In this document: positions 29,692-39,173 of the stretch, one piece after another
Layout of the letters: each line of letters starts with the position of its first letter
Numbering within the stretch: the stretch's first letter is position 1
Assembly: GCA_964550955.1 (NCBI GenBank)
Contig: CAZKAF010000001.1
Span: 318,197-382,196 of the forward strand
Length of the DNA stretch: 64,000 nucleotides
Direction of reading: 5' to 3'
DNA from: an uncultured Candidatus Saccharibacteria bacterium
GTDB lineage: Bacteria; Patescibacteriota; Minisyncoccia; Phycocordibacterales; CAIZLB01
The notes under the pieces: generated by a model
What the model saw: only the letters and a program-made list of their open reading frames with translations
What the model was told of the DNA's origin: nothing
Databases searched by the model: none
Translations under genes and position numbers: made by a program

Positions 29692-32133
29692 ATGAAAAAA
29701 CAGAAACTCCTCATTGTCGAGTCCCCTGCGAAGGCGAAGACCATCAACAAGTACCTCGGCGACGAATACAAAGTCGTCGCGTCCGTCGGGCACGTGCGAG
29801 ACCTTCCGAAGAGCAACAAGACGGCCATAGACATCAAGGCAGGCTTCATCCCTCGCTACGTCGTCTCGCCCGGAAAGGAGAAGGTCATTTCGGAAATCGA
29901 GCATCTGGCGTCGAGAGCGAGCGAGGTCATTCTCGCGACCGACCCCGACCGAGAAGGAGAAGCTATCGCATGGCACATTCAGCAAGCCACGAACTTGAAG
30001 AGCCCGAAACGAGTCGTTTTTCATGAAATCACGGAATCAGCCATCAAGGAAGCGCTGCTCCATCCGCGCGTCATCGATCAGAACCTCAGGAAAGCGCAGG
30101 AGGCGCGGCGCGTGCTCGACAGGCTTGTCGGATACGACCTGTCCGGCCTCATTTGGAAGAAAGTGCGATACGGGCTTTCCGCGGGACGCGTGCAGTCGCC
30201 CGCCCTTCGGATCATCATGGAACGCGAACGGGAAATCCGTTCTTTCGTTCCCGTCCAGTATTTCGTAATCGAAGCGGACCTTGAAGGCGCGAAAAATAAA
30301 GGCAGGATGACTTTTACCTGCACGAAGGAGCCTGCGGAACAGGCGGAAGCTGACCGAATCGTTAAGGTCGCGAAGGAAAATTCCTGGGTCATTGCCGACA
30401 TAGAGCAGACGAAAGCCAAGCGCTCGCCGAAGCCGCCGTTCATCACGTCGACGCTTCAGCAGACTGCCAGCTCGCGGCTCGGCTTCTCTCCGTCGAGAAC
30501 AATGGGCATAGCCCAGAAGCTGTACGAAGCCGGACACATCACATACATGAGAACTGACAGCATCATGCTGAGCAAGACGGCAATCGCGGATTCCATAAGG
30601 ACAATCGACTCGGAATTCGGCGCGGGCTATTCGGAAGCGCGAGGATACGCTTCGAAAAGCAAGAATGCGCAGGAGGCGCACGAGGCCATCAGGCCGTCAA
30701 AAGTTTCGGTCGTCTCGGCCGGCGCAAATGAAGACGAGAAGAAACTGTACAGGCTCATCAGGGCAAGAACGCTCGCTTCGCAGATGAAAGATGCCGAGCT
30801 GCTTCGGACCCGAATCACGGCGAACGTAAGCGGCGCCGATTCGAAAGATGCCATACCGGATTTCACGGTTACGGGAAGCCAGGTCAAGTTCGAAGGATGG
30901 CTGAAGGCTGACCCTGACGCGCGAGGCGAAGACGTCGAGCTTCCTGCGGTTGAGAAAGGCGAAGCTGCAAAACTTTTGGATATTCGAAATACGGAGAAAT
31001 GGACCGAGCCGCCCGGACGCTACACGGAAGCAGGACTCATCAAGGAATTGGAGAAGCGAGGCATCGGCCGGCCGTCGACATATGCAAGCACCATTCGGAC
31101 CCTTGAAGACCGCGAATACGTCACGAAGGTGAACAAGTCGCTCATCCCCACTGACACCGGCGATGTCGTCAGCTCATTCTTGGAACTGTATTTCCCAAGC
31201 TACATCAGCGATGACTTCACGGCGCTGATGGAAGACAAGCTCGACGACGTGGCGCTCGGCAATGCGGAATACGAAAAGACGCTGGAAGATTTTTACACTC
31301 CGTTCCACAAAGACGTCGAGTCGAAGGAAGACATCGAGAAAGCGACGAACCTCGGCGAAGCTGACGCCAAGTACAAATGCCCTAAATGCGGCAGCTCGAT
31401 GATCATAAAGCTGGGGCGAGGCGGAAAGTTCCTCAGCTGCTCGACATACCCCGAGTGCGTCGGCGCGCTCACGCTCGACGGGCAGGAAATCAAGGGCGAT
31501 GAGCCTATCGGCCATGATCCGAAAACAGGTCTCCCTATTTTCGTCAAAGTTGGAAAGTACGGTCCGTACGTTCAGCTCGGCGACAAGGAGACGCTTGAAA
31601 AAGCGATTGCGGAAGGCATCGATGTCGGCATCGCAAAACCTGAGCCGGAACCGGCGACAGAAACAGCGGCGGAGGCGGCGCCTGAGAAAACTGAAGAGGC
31701 GGAAGCGGGCACGGACGGCGCGACAGGTTCGGCCAAGACAGGCAGCGCCGACAGCAGCGCAAAGACAAAGAAAGCGGCGAAGGTAAAAAAACCGCGGGCT
31801 AAAAAGCCCAAGAAAGTTGTTCTCAAGCCCCGCATGGCAAGCATCCCCAAAGGCAAGGACATCACGACGGTAAGCGTCGAGGAAGCGCTCGTGTATCTCA
31901 GCCTTCCGAAGCAGCTCGGCAGGCATCCTGAAACAGGAAAAGTCATCACGGCGAACATCGGAAGATTCGGTCCGTACATTGTCCATGACGGGGATTTCCG
32001 ATCGCTCAAAGGCGATGACAGCCCGTACACCATTACATACGAAAGAGCTGTGGAGATACTCAAGGAGCCGAAGAAAGTCAGCACTCGCGGACGATGGGCC
32101 AAGAAGAAGTCGGAACCCGAAGCCAAGGCTTAG
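29692..32133 (+). CDS. topA: DNA topoisomerase I
   Basis: Toprim N-terminus KLLIVESPAKAKTINKYLG and C-terminal zinc-ribbon CPKCGS..CS..C; 813 aa. Confidence 0.95.
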   Translation: MKKQKLLIVESPAKAKTINKYLGDEYKVVASVGHVRDLPKSNKTAIDIKAGFIPRYVVSPGKEKVISEIEHLASRASEVILATDPDREGEAIAWHIQQATNLKSPKRVVFHEITESAIKEALLHPRVIDQNLRKAQEARRVLDRLVGYDLSGLIWKKVRYGLSAGRVQSPALRIIMEREREIRSFVPVQYFVIEADLEGAKNKGRMTFTCTKEPAEQAEADRIVKVAKENSWVIADIEQTKAKRSPKPPFITSTLQQTASSRLGFSPSRTMGIAQKLYEAGHITYMRTDSIMLSKTAIADSIRTIDSEFGAGYSEARGYASKSKNAQEAHEAIRPSKVSVVSAGANEDEKKLYRLIRARTLASQMKDAELLRTRITANVSGADSKDAIPDFTVTGSQVKFEGWLKADPDARGEDVELPAVEKGEAAKLLDIRNTEKWTEPPGRYTEAGLIKELEKRGIGRPSTYASTIRTLEDREYVTKVNKSLIPTDTGDVVSSFLELYFPSYISDDFTALMEDKLDDVALGNAEYEKTLEDFYTPFHKDVESKEDIEKATNLGEADAKYKCPKCGSSMIIKLGRGGKFLSCSTYPECVGALTLDGQEIKGDEPIGHDPKTGLPIFVKVGKYGPYVQLGDKETLEKAIAEGIDVGIAKPEPEPATETAAEAAPEKTEEAEAGTDGATGSAKTGSADSSAKTKKAAKVKKPRAKKPKKVVLKPRMASIPKGKDITTVSVEEALVYLSLPKQLGRHPETGKVITANIGRFGPYIVHDGDFRSLKGDDSPYTITYERAVEILKEPKKVSTRGRWAKKKSEPEAKA

Positions 32134-32243
32134 CGCAGTTCCGCCAGGGCGGCATCATCCGGCAAGCGGGCGGACCTTATCAACTTATCAATATGGCACG
32201 CAAAGGCATGTCGGGCGCGCCTATTTTCGGCATGCCGGGAAAA

Positions 32244-32272
32244 TTGACATGGGCAGCTAACGCGGGTATGGT
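32244..32272 (+). promoter_or_regulatory. sigma70-like promoter
   Basis: TTGACA (32244-32249), a 17-nt spacer and TATGGT (32267-32272). Confidence 0.4.
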
Positions 32273-32425
32273 ATTTCCGACTTGTTCATTCAGGACATGA
32301 GGCTTTTCGAGCTTGTCAGGCGGAACGGACGACTTGTTTTAGGAAAATGGCGCTCAATTCGAAATTCGAATTTGATCAGTCCGTCAGGATTGAGCCCCGC
32401 TTCCCTACAAACAAGGGATCCGAAC

Positions 32426-32866
32426 ATGAAATCATCAACAACAGCAGAGGAAAAGCAATTGTTACCGGAACCGCCTTCAATCACCTATCTCGATGCCAGC
32501 ATCCGCCGGCATCTGGACAAGGGATGGACGATTACCCGGTCGGAAGGCCAGCCGAGCGACGTCCACTTTTCGACGGGATGCATCGTCGGGGCAGAACTCG
32601 TCCATGAGGCCGAAGGAAGCCAGGAAGAAGGAGAGGGAGAGTTCCTCGGAGGCGAAATCAGAGGAACGCTTAACATCTACGAAGAGCTGTCGCTTCCTGA
32701 AATGGGAGAAGGTCTCGTGGAGATGCCGATCAGATACGACAATGAGGCAAACGCCTTCGTCGAATTCGGCAGCGGAACCAGAATAACGGCAATGCCGCGC
32801 GTCATCGAGCTTTATCCGAGCGGAAGGATGACCGCGCACTTCGCCCCGTCGAAGAATGTCGAGTAA
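32426..32866 (+). CDS. hypothetical acidic protein
   Basis: ATG at 32426 (MKSSTTAEEK). The track ORF starts at a TTG at 32282, which is rejected. Followed by a strong terminator. Confidence 0.45.
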   Translation: MKSSTTAEEKQLLPEPPSITYLDASIRRHLDKGWTITRSEGQPSDVHFSTGCIVGAELVHEAEGSQEEGEGEFLGGEIRGTLNIYEELSLPEMGEGLVEMPIRYDNEANAFVEFGSGTRITAMPRVIELYPSGRMTAHFAPSKNVE

Positions 32867-32936
32867 GCATCCGCGCGCGGGCGCTCAAGAACCTGGCTTA
32901 ACGGCTCAAAGGCTCAAGGCGGCTCCAGACATTCAA

Positions 32937-32979
32937 ATCCCCAGCCATCTTGCGAAAGATAAGGCTGGGGATTTTTTTA
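32937..32979 (+). terminator. rho-independent terminator
   Basis: CCCCAGCC (32939-32946) pairs with GGCTGGGG (32963-32970), followed by ATTTTTTTAT. Confidence 0.65.
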
Positions 32980-33027
32980 TATTCAAAAAGCCGGATGAGG
33001 ACGTACGGGGATTTTAGAAATCAGCGT

Positions 33028-33181
33028 ACCGATATAGCAATTTTGCTATATCGGTGGCGACAGAATGTTGGCTTAACCCTTAAGCCTTACTTAATTAAGC
33101 CAGCCAGACTGGTCCGAATGACGCCTTGCTTGATGGCGCACCAGATGACACCAACAGGAATGTTTACTTAAGCCAACATTC
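33028..33181. repeat. region of nested dyad symmetries (possible structured RNA or miniature-element remnant)
   Basis: A perfect 12-bp inverted repeat ACCGATATAGCA..TGCTATATCGGT (33028-33055). A 14-bp inverted repeat GAATGTTGGCTTAA (33063-33076) / TTAAGCCAACATTC (33168-33181) with a ~91-nt spacer. A local hairpin GGAATGTT-tacttaagcc-AACATTCC. Confidence 0.4.
33158..33174 (+). repeat. copy 1 of intergenic motif GAAkGTTTACTTAAGCC
   Basis: GAATGTTTACTTAAGCC; identical 17-mer in reverse orientation at 39157-39173. Confidence 0.5.
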
Positions 33182-33191
33182 CGGAGACGCC

Positions 33192-33353
33192 GCACTATCT
33201 CCCGGTTCCGTCATCCGTAAACGGGGCGATGATGACCTTGACTATCGAATTGGACTGAATCGGCCGGCCGTCTTGGTACAGGGCCAGCATCATGAAAAAC
33301 CTGAAAGTCAGAAGCCCCAAGACCGCCAGCACGATAAGTGAAAATAGTCGGAT
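33192..33353 (-). CDS. possible 53-aa single-TM peptide (below the ORF-track cutoff)
   Basis: MIRLFSLIVLAVLGLLTFRFFMMLALYQDGRPIQ... read on the minus strand between the motif/dyad region and the parB stop. Confidence 0.25.
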
Positions 33354-33371
33354 CATGCTCTCTGCGATGTA

Positions 33372-34583
33372 TTACAGGCTAAAATTCTTGATCGAATAAA
33401 GGCTCTCGTCTTCAGCCTGGTCGGAAGGAGTCGAATCGTCGACAGGAACGGATTCGGCATTGGCGGAAGCCGCGCTCGCGGATTCAGGAACGCTCACGGC
33501 CGGCTCAATCTCGGACAATGTCATTTCAGCTGGCGTCAGGTACGCCGATTGCGCCGCCTCGACCGTCTCGGCCGGCGCCTCTGAGGCAAGCATTACCGGC
33601 GCCGCGGCAGCTGCAAAGCTTGCAGGGGCAGACGAGGCCGAAGCGCTGGCAGGCTGCGGCGAGTACGCTTCAGTCATCGACGCCGCGAAAATTTTCGCGA
33701 TATCGTTGCCGGAACCTTTTTCCCTATTCTCAAGCACGTCGAGCAAGTGCCGAAGGTCGTCATTGTTGAAGTAATCTATGACCACCTTGCCTCCCCTTTC
33801 CCGCTTCTCGATCATCACGCGAGTGCCGAGCGCCTGATTCAGCTTCTTCTCGAATTCTACGAGCTCGGGGTCGCTCGCGAACGAGTCTTTCTTCCTTGTC
33901 CGCTCGACGGCGACGCGCCTCGCTATCTGTTCCGCCTCCCGCACCGTTATTTTCTTGTAAATGATTTCCTTGAACAAGGTCTCCTGCTCTTCGGGCTTGC
34001 CGACAAGCATCAGCAGCGGCCGCGAATGGCCTTCCGTGATCTTTTTCTCGGAAAGCGCCTGAAGCATGTGCTCAGGGAGCGCAAGAAGGCGAATGCTGTT
34101 CGTCACGTATTCCCGGCTCTTCCCCATCTTCTCCGCAATCTGAACGTGCTTGAGGCCGAACTCGTCTGCCAGCCTCTGGAACGAGCGCGCCCTGTCTACC
34201 GCATTCAGGTCTTCTCGCTGGAGATTCTCTATGATGGCAAGCTCGAGCTTGACCCGCGCGTCTTCCTCGCCGGCCCGAATGATGACAGGAGCCTGGGCAA
34301 GACCGGCAAGCTTGGAGGCCCTAAGGCGCCGCTCCCCCGAAATGAGCTCATACTGGACATTCAAGCCGCCGTCCTCCTTGATGACTTCCTTTCGGGTCAC
34401 GACAAGAGGCTGCAGCAGGCCGTACATGCGGATAGAGTCCGCCAAGTCCTTGAGCGCATGCTGATCGAATTCTCTTCTCGGCTGATACGGGTTCGGCACG
34501 ATCTTTTCCAGTTCGATCCAGAAGATGGAGTTGTTAAAGTAATTCGATTTAGATGTTGGTTCCATAGACTGACATTCTAGCAT
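33372..34583 (-). CDS. parB: ParB/Spo0J-family partition protein with a long low-complexity C-terminal extension
   Basis: ParB box GLLQPLVVTRK...YELISGERRLRASKLAGL and HTH region. Ala/Ser-rich tail. Confidence 0.85.
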   Translation of the reverse strand: MLECQSMEPTSKSNYFNNSIFWIELEKIVPNPYQPRREFDQHALKDLADSIRMYGLLQPLVVTRKEVIKEDGGLNVQYELISGERRLRASKLAGLAQAPVIIRAGEEDARVKLELAIIENLQREDLNAVDRARSFQRLADEFGLKHVQIAEKMGKSREYVTNSIRLLALPEHMLQALSEKKITEGHSRPLLMLVGKPEEQETLFKEIIYKKITVREAEQIARRVAVERTRKKDSFASDPELVEFEKKLNQALGTRVMIEKRERGGKVVIDYFNNDDLRHLLDVLENREKGSGNDIAKIFAASMTEAYSPQPASASASSAPASFAAAAAPVMLASEAPAETVEAAQSAYLTPAEMTLSEIEPAVSVPESASAASANAESVPVDDSTPSDQAEDESLYSIKNFSL

Positions 34584-34690
34584 GCAGGCGCTCGTTCCGG
34601 CAGTTCACATGTACATAAAAATGTTGAAAAAATGGGGATAAGAAAAGCCGGTCGCATGGTTGATGCGACCGGCCGATTGAGAAATGCGGA

Positions 34691-35014
34691 CTAGCCCGCC
34701 GCTGGCTTAATCTGGTAAGCCGCCGGCGTCTCGGGGTTTTCGATCTGGTCCTGTCGAGCCTTGCTGTTCTTGTCGAGACTCTCCGCGACAAGGCGAAAGC
34801 AGAGGCATATCATGACCAGCGCAAATGCCGCCCAGATGGCATGAATCGCGTACATGTCGGCAATCTCAAGCATCGTCTTGCCCTCCCAAGCCGGCTTCTT
34901 TGCCTGCTTGGCCAGCTTGCCTGTGGCAGACCCGGAACCGGGCTCGCCGTCGTCCAAAATGATTCTTGTGGTTTTGAGGCCATCCGGTTTCCGGTGAACT
35001 GTGTCATCTGACAT
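34691..35014 (-). CDS. small membrane protein with a C-terminal TM
   Basis: ATG at 35014 preceded by AGGAGG 8 nt upstream. TM helix IHAIWAAFALVMICLCF. Confidence 0.5.
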   Translation of the reverse strand: MSDDTVHRKPDGLKTTRIILDDGEPGSGSATGKLAKQAKKPAWEGKTMLEIADMYAIHAIWAAFALVMICLCFRLVAESLDKNSKARQDQIENPETPAAYQIKPAAG

Positions 35015-35185
35015 ATAAGTAATCCTCCTGCGAATTTGAATTTGTTGGCTGCGTGAATGAACATGGTGCCCATCCATCTGGTTTTAATAATACCATACTT
35101 TACTATATTTGTACATATCCGCTTGGCCGCGGCCGCCTCGCCCATGCCCGATTGCATGCAACGCAAAGAAACAAAATTCATGCTT

Positions 35186-35214
35186 TTGCAAGTATGGCAG
35201 TATTGCCGTATAAT
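35186..35214 (+). promoter_or_regulatory. near-consensus sigma70 promoter for tRNA-Leu(CAA), and probably miaA
   Basis: TTGCAA (35186-35191), a 17-nt spacer and TATAAT (35209-35214), about 15 nt upstream of the tRNA 5' end. Confidence 0.55.
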
Positions 35215-35228
35215 GCCCGTATTCAAAT

Positions 35229-35309
35229 GCCGGAGTGGCGAAATGGTATACGCACTCGACTCAAAATCGGGCGTCGCAAGACATGTGGGTTCAAGTCCCA
35301 CCTCCGGCA
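35229..35309 (+). tRNA. tRNA-Leu(CAA) with a long variable arm
   Basis: Acceptor GCCGGAG/CTCCGGC, anticodon stem CTCGA/TCGGG with loop CTCAAAA, a long variable arm and T-arm GTGGG-TTCAAGT-CCCAC. No encoded CCA. Confidence 0.8.
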
Positions 35310-35360
35310 CAATTCAAGGATCCGACTCGATGCCCTATCCGGGCATGGCAGATTAATTTC

Positions 35361-36338
35361 ATGAAAAACTCGCAACTTCCCAAGATGATAGTCGTTCTCG
35401 GACCAACAGCTACGGGCAAGAGCGACTTGGCCGTCAATATTGCCCGGGCAATTAGCGCTGGCAGTTCCAGTTCTGGCAAATCGCCCAAATCGCCGAAGAA
35501 GAGAGGCTTTGGAGCCGAGATAATCTCAGCGGACTCGAGGCAGATTTACGCAGGCCTGGACATCGGGTCAGGAAAGATTACCAAGAAAGAAATGAGGGGC
35601 GTTCCCCATCACGGACTGGACATTCTGTCGCCCAGGCGAAAGCAGATGTTCACCGCTTCAAAATTTCAAGATTACGCATATGCAAAAGCCAATGAAATCA
35701 TGGCTCGCGGAAATGTGCCGATTCTCTGCGGAGGAACGGGCTTTTATATCCAGGCCGTCGCTGACGGCATCGTGCTGCCCGACGTGCCAGTGAATCCCGA
35801 ACTGCGCGCAAAGCTTAGGAAGCTGAGCCTGGAAAAATTGCAGCAAAGGCTCCTGAAGCTGGATTCAAAAAGATATGAGGAAATAGACAAGCAGAACCCG
35901 GTTCGGCTTATACGCGCCATCGAGATAGCGACAGCGCTCGGCACGGTTCCAAAAGCAAAGCATGAGCCGAAGTTCGAGACCTTGCGCATCGGGCTGGACA
36001 CAAGCGACAGCGTCCTCAAGGACAAGATTTTAAGAAGAATTCACGCCCGCTTGAAGAAAGGCATGATCGCCGAAGCAAAGCGACTGCACGGCGAAGGCCT
36101 GTCGTGGAAGCGCATGCGCGAATTCGGACTGGAATACGGCCTGCTGGCCGACTTGCTGCAAGGCAGGCTTACGAAAGAGCAGTTCGTCGAGCGACTGTCG
36201 TTCGACATCCGGCATTATGTAAGAAGACAGAGGGCCTGGTTCAGGAAGGATGAGAGCATCATTTGGGTCGATGCGTCCAAAAAGCCTGAGCTGAAAAGAG
36301 CCGAGAAGTTGGCAAAAAAGTTTCTGCTGGAGCCTTAA
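35361..36338 (+). CDS. miaA: tRNA dimethylallyltransferase
   Basis: MIVVLGPTATGKSDLAV P-loop, AEIISADSRQIYAGLDIGSGKITKKE and ILCGGTGFYIQAV. Contains a Ser/Lys-rich insertion (SAGSSSSGKSPKSPKK). Start at MKNSQLPK (ATG 35361). Confidence 0.85.
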   Translation: MKNSQLPKMIVVLGPTATGKSDLAVNIARAISAGSSSSGKSPKSPKKRGFGAEIISADSRQIYAGLDIGSGKITKKEMRGVPHHGLDILSPRRKQMFTASKFQDYAYAKANEIMARGNVPILCGGTGFYIQAVADGIVLPDVPVNPELRAKLRKLSLEKLQQRLLKLDSKRYEEIDKQNPVRLIRAIEIATALGTVPKAKHEPKFETLRIGLDTSDSVLKDKILRRIHARLKKGMIAEAKRLHGEGLSWKRMREFGLEYGLLADLLQGRLTKEQFVERLSFDIRHYVRRQRAWFRKDESIIWVDASKKPELKRAEKLAKKFLLEP

Positions 36339-36549
36339 TTGGCTTTTTTCATTTTCGAAGTAATATCTTGCCTGGATCTTTTCAGGCTAGCGCGCCCGGG
36401 TTTAGTCTTAAGCCCACTTCCGGGACCCTGATGAGAAAGTTTGGAAAAAGGCCGCATAGCGGAACGCCGCCTTGATCCATGAGCCGCCCCACGAAACGTG
36501 AGGGCGGTTTTTCATATCCCCTCTTTTTTTCGGCCGAACTTTGGCAGTT

Positions 36550-37038
36550 TCAAATATTTCTTATTTCGACATATCCAGCAGGCTTTTCTCTATACAGCTT
36601 CAGCAGATACACATGCGAATCAAGCGTATCGACGGGCTCTTGTGCCAAACTGAACCATCCGGCTTCAATTATTTCTTTTGTATCAAGCGTAAGGATGGAT
36701 TCGGATGATACAGGTTCGGCAACCAAAGTTATTTCGATTCGAAAAGCAAATCCGCTTCGAATCCGAAGAACCCTTTCAATTTCTATGTCCAAGCCAAGCT
36801 CCTCTTTCGCTTCCCGTTTCGCGGCATCATATATATTTTCATTTTTATTTATATATCCGCCAACAAGCCGCCACGGCTTTTCTCCGCTGAATACATGCTT
36901 GGCAAGAAGCAGGCGACCATCTTTATCCGGAATAATTATGGAAATTCCAACATTGAACTTCGAGTGCGCGAGCCACATGAGGCGCCACTGCGTTTTTTTA
37001 CCGAGAATCTTCCATAATTTAGAGAGCGAAGAAATCAT
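36550..37038 (-). CDS. NUDIX hydrolase (paralog 1)
   Basis: Nudix box GGYINKNENIYDAAKREAKEELGL. Confidence 0.75.
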   Translation of the reverse strand: MISSLSKLWKILGKKTQWRLMWLAHSKFNVGISIIIPDKDGRLLLAKHVFSGEKPWRLVGGYINKNENIYDAAKREAKEELGLDIEIERVLRIRSGFAFRIEITLVAEPVSSESILTLDTKEIIEAGWFSLAQEPVDTLDSHVYLLKLYREKPAGYVEIRNI

Positions 37039-37054
37039 ATTTCAGAGGTTTAGG

Positions 37055-37624
37055 TTATCGTATAATTTTACTCTTAAGTCCAACCCGTATAGCATTTCCT
37101 GAAAAATGCTCCATGAATCGGTTGACGCCTATCTCTTTCTCCGGCCACTGACGGTCATCGCGCGAAGACGTATGATTCAATATTACCGACAAGACCTCTC
37201 CTGCATGCTCGACGTAGCCGATAACCAGGACCAAGTGCCCATTTTTCTTTCCGCCGGCAAGGCCGGTGCCGATTGAAACTATCAGGATATTTCCTTGATC
37301 GATAGATTCGCTGATCTGTCGAATCTCGCTTACCTGCATTCTTTGCGAATCGATGTTTCGATTATTTAATTCATCAACGATTCCTTGGTGCACGCATCCG
37401 ACACCGTCTTTATATACCCCCTTCCCTTCCATCTCCCGTATCAAGTCGGCGAACCTTTGACCTTTGTGATCTTCATGCATGTCCAAAATCATCTTCATGC
37501 ACGCGATGCCGCACGAGCGATTTTCCCAATATTTGGCATCTTCGGCATCCTTGAAACCCCGCTCTTTCCATTCATGGCGAGAAAGCTGAGAAAAAAATGG
37601 AATCTTGCGCAGAACCTTTTGCAT
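37055..37624 (-). CDS. putative papain-like / C39-like cysteine peptidase domain protein
   Basis: Catalytic-Cys context W.NRSCGIACMKMIL and a later HL.V..GY motif. Weak assignment. Confidence 0.4.
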   Translation of the reverse strand: MQKVLRKIPFFSQLSRHEWKERGFKDAEDAKYWENRSCGIACMKMILDMHEDHKGQRFADLIREMEGKGVYKDGVGCVHQGIVDELNNRNIDSQRMQVSEIRQISESIDQGNILIVSIGTGLAGGKKNGHLVLVIGYVEHAGEVLSVILNHTSSRDDRQWPEKEIGVNRFMEHFSGNAIRVGLKSKIIR

Positions 37625-37625
37625 C

Positions 37626-38066
37626 CTATTTAAAAGTGCTCAAGTAGATATTCTCCCGATTCCCGCACCATTGGATTATTCTTTCCAAGAATTGGGCCGG
37701 AAGGAACGCGAACTCGCCGAGCTTGTCGAGCCGCTCAATCTCAATCCACTCAAACTCGATATGCTCTTCCTTCGATACGACGGCTTGGCTGTCGAGAGTT
37801 GCCGTGAATATCAGATTGTACTCGTGATGCGGAGGGACTTTTCCCCACTGATTTTCAAACACGCCGACGAAGGCAAGATTGCTGATGGCGACTCCGGTTT
37901 CCTCGACGAACTCCCGCTTGAGGGCGCTTTCAGCGCTTTCGCCGAACTCGACATGCCCGCCGGGCAGATAATAATGAGGCGTATCCTTGACGGCCTTGCA
38001 CAAGAGAATCTTTTCATCCTTTATAATGAGCGCCCGGGAAATTATTTCTATCATGATAGAGCTCAT
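37626..38066 (-). CDS. NUDIX hydrolase (paralog 2)
   Basis: Nudix box GGHVEFGESAESALKREFVEETGV. Confidence 0.75.
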   Translation of the reverse strand: MSSIMIEIISRALIIKDEKILLCKAVKDTPHYYLPGGHVEFGESAESALKREFVEETGVAISNLAFVGVFENQWGKVPPHHEYNLIFTATLDSQAVVSKEEHIEFEWIEIERLDKLGEFAFLPAQFLERIIQWCGNRENIYLSTFK

Positions 38067-38089
38067 TATAATGCATGCTGCGATTATGG

Positions 38090-39064
38090 CTAGATGCCGT
38101 CCTCCGCCTTTTGGACGGCCTTCCTCCTGCCTCTTTTCAGATGCGACAGCACGATTGACACCAAGGCCCTTTTCTCATACATCCGAAGCCCCCTGTGCAT
38201 CCGAAGAGCTTCCGCCACGGCGGAATTGACCCAGCCCTCGACGAGATTGGTCGTGTTCGGGCAGCCTTCGTGATTCAAGAACGTGAAAATATTAGGAAGG
38301 GCGCGGCGCACGATGAGCCGGGCGCTCCTGAGCTTCGGATACCTGAAGTTTCCTGATTCATTCTTTTCGATGAGCTGCCTTGCGTATTTTTTCTCCCAAG
38401 CCTTATACAGGAACATCCACATTTCCTTGCCCGCGTTCGTCTTCGCATATTTCAATTTATATAAAATGCCTATGAGCTGGATGCTCGCCTCTTCTTTCGG
38501 CCTTCGTCCGGTGTACTGAAGGGCGAAGGCGACCACGTGGAATTGGCAACGCTGTATCGGCACGTTCGGCCACAAGCCCCTCGTCGCGGCGAACAGCCCC
38601 TTCTGGCCGTCCATGATGACGACTTCCGGCTCGGCGAACGAGGAAAGAAAATCCGACCAGACCAGAAGCGACTCATACGGCGCGAATCGCCAGTACAGGT
38701 TGTCATCCTCGTCAATCGCAACGAGCGCGCAGAGCGAATGGCCGTGAACGTAGGTGCCGTCCAGAATGAGCACGCGCGCCTTGGTCTGAGGCGGAATGAC
38801 CGGCTCGGGCATCTCCCTCATCAAGGGATGCAATCGCTTCCAGAGGGCTTGCCGGGTCTTATGATCCTTCAGCGCCATTTTGCTCAGGCTGTCCTTGCCT
38901 CCGAGCCAGCGGTCGAGCTTATAAAGGAGATGCTTCTTCTCGACGGCATCTTTCTTGCGCGTCGAGCTGACGCGGCAGGCCAGGCAATAAAAACGGGGCA
39001 ACCCTTTGGCGGTACGCCCCCAGTGCTCCAGCACCCCGTTGCATATCGGGCATTTTTTCTTCAT
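38090..39064 (-). CDS. DDE transposase, IS1595-family-like with an N-terminal zinc ribbon
   Basis: CPICNG...CLACR zinc ribbon, then acidic residues in ILDGTYV and VVIMDGQKG and a C-terminal N..E.....R motif (NTTNLVEGWVNSAVAEALRMHRG). No clear terminal inverted repeats found. Confidence 0.55.
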   Translation of the reverse strand: MKKKCPICNGVLEHWGRTAKGLPRFYCLACRVSSTRKKDAVEKKHLLYKLDRWLGGKDSLSKMALKDHKTRQALWKRLHPLMREMPEPVIPPQTKARVLILDGTYVHGHSLCALVAIDEDDNLYWRFAPYESLLVWSDFLSSFAEPEVVIMDGQKGLFAATRGLWPNVPIQRCQFHVVAFALQYTGRRPKEEASIQLIGILYKLKYAKTNAGKEMWMFLYKAWEKKYARQLIEKNESGNFRYPKLRSARLIVRRALPNIFTFLNHEGCPNTTNLVEGWVNSAVAEALRMHRGLRMYEKRALVSIVLSHLKRGRRKAVQKAEDGI

Positions 39065-39156
39065 ATCCTTCTGAAGCTAGCAAATATCCCTCATTTGTCA
39101 AAAAAGTGTCGGATGCTGTCAAAAAACATGCAGGAGACATCCTGAAAGTTCATATC

Positions 39157-39173
39157 GGCTTAAGTAAACATTC
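39157..39173 (-). repeat. copy 2 of motif (reverse orientation)
   Basis: GGCTTAAGTAAACATTC is the reverse complement of GAATGTTTACTTAAGCC, 93 nt upstream of the transposase start. Confidence 0.5.

Noticed and set aside
32282-32425. TTG-initiated N-terminal extension of the 32426..32866 gene
   Set aside because: The promoter -10 ends at 32272, which would make this a leaderless TTG start. That is unlikely. The ATG at 32426 is used instead, although the long 5' UTR is then unexplained.
38040-39150. Terminal inverted repeats delimiting the IS element
   Set aside because: Candidate matches (GCATGCTG vs GCATGTT) are too short and imperfect, so the ends are left undefined.
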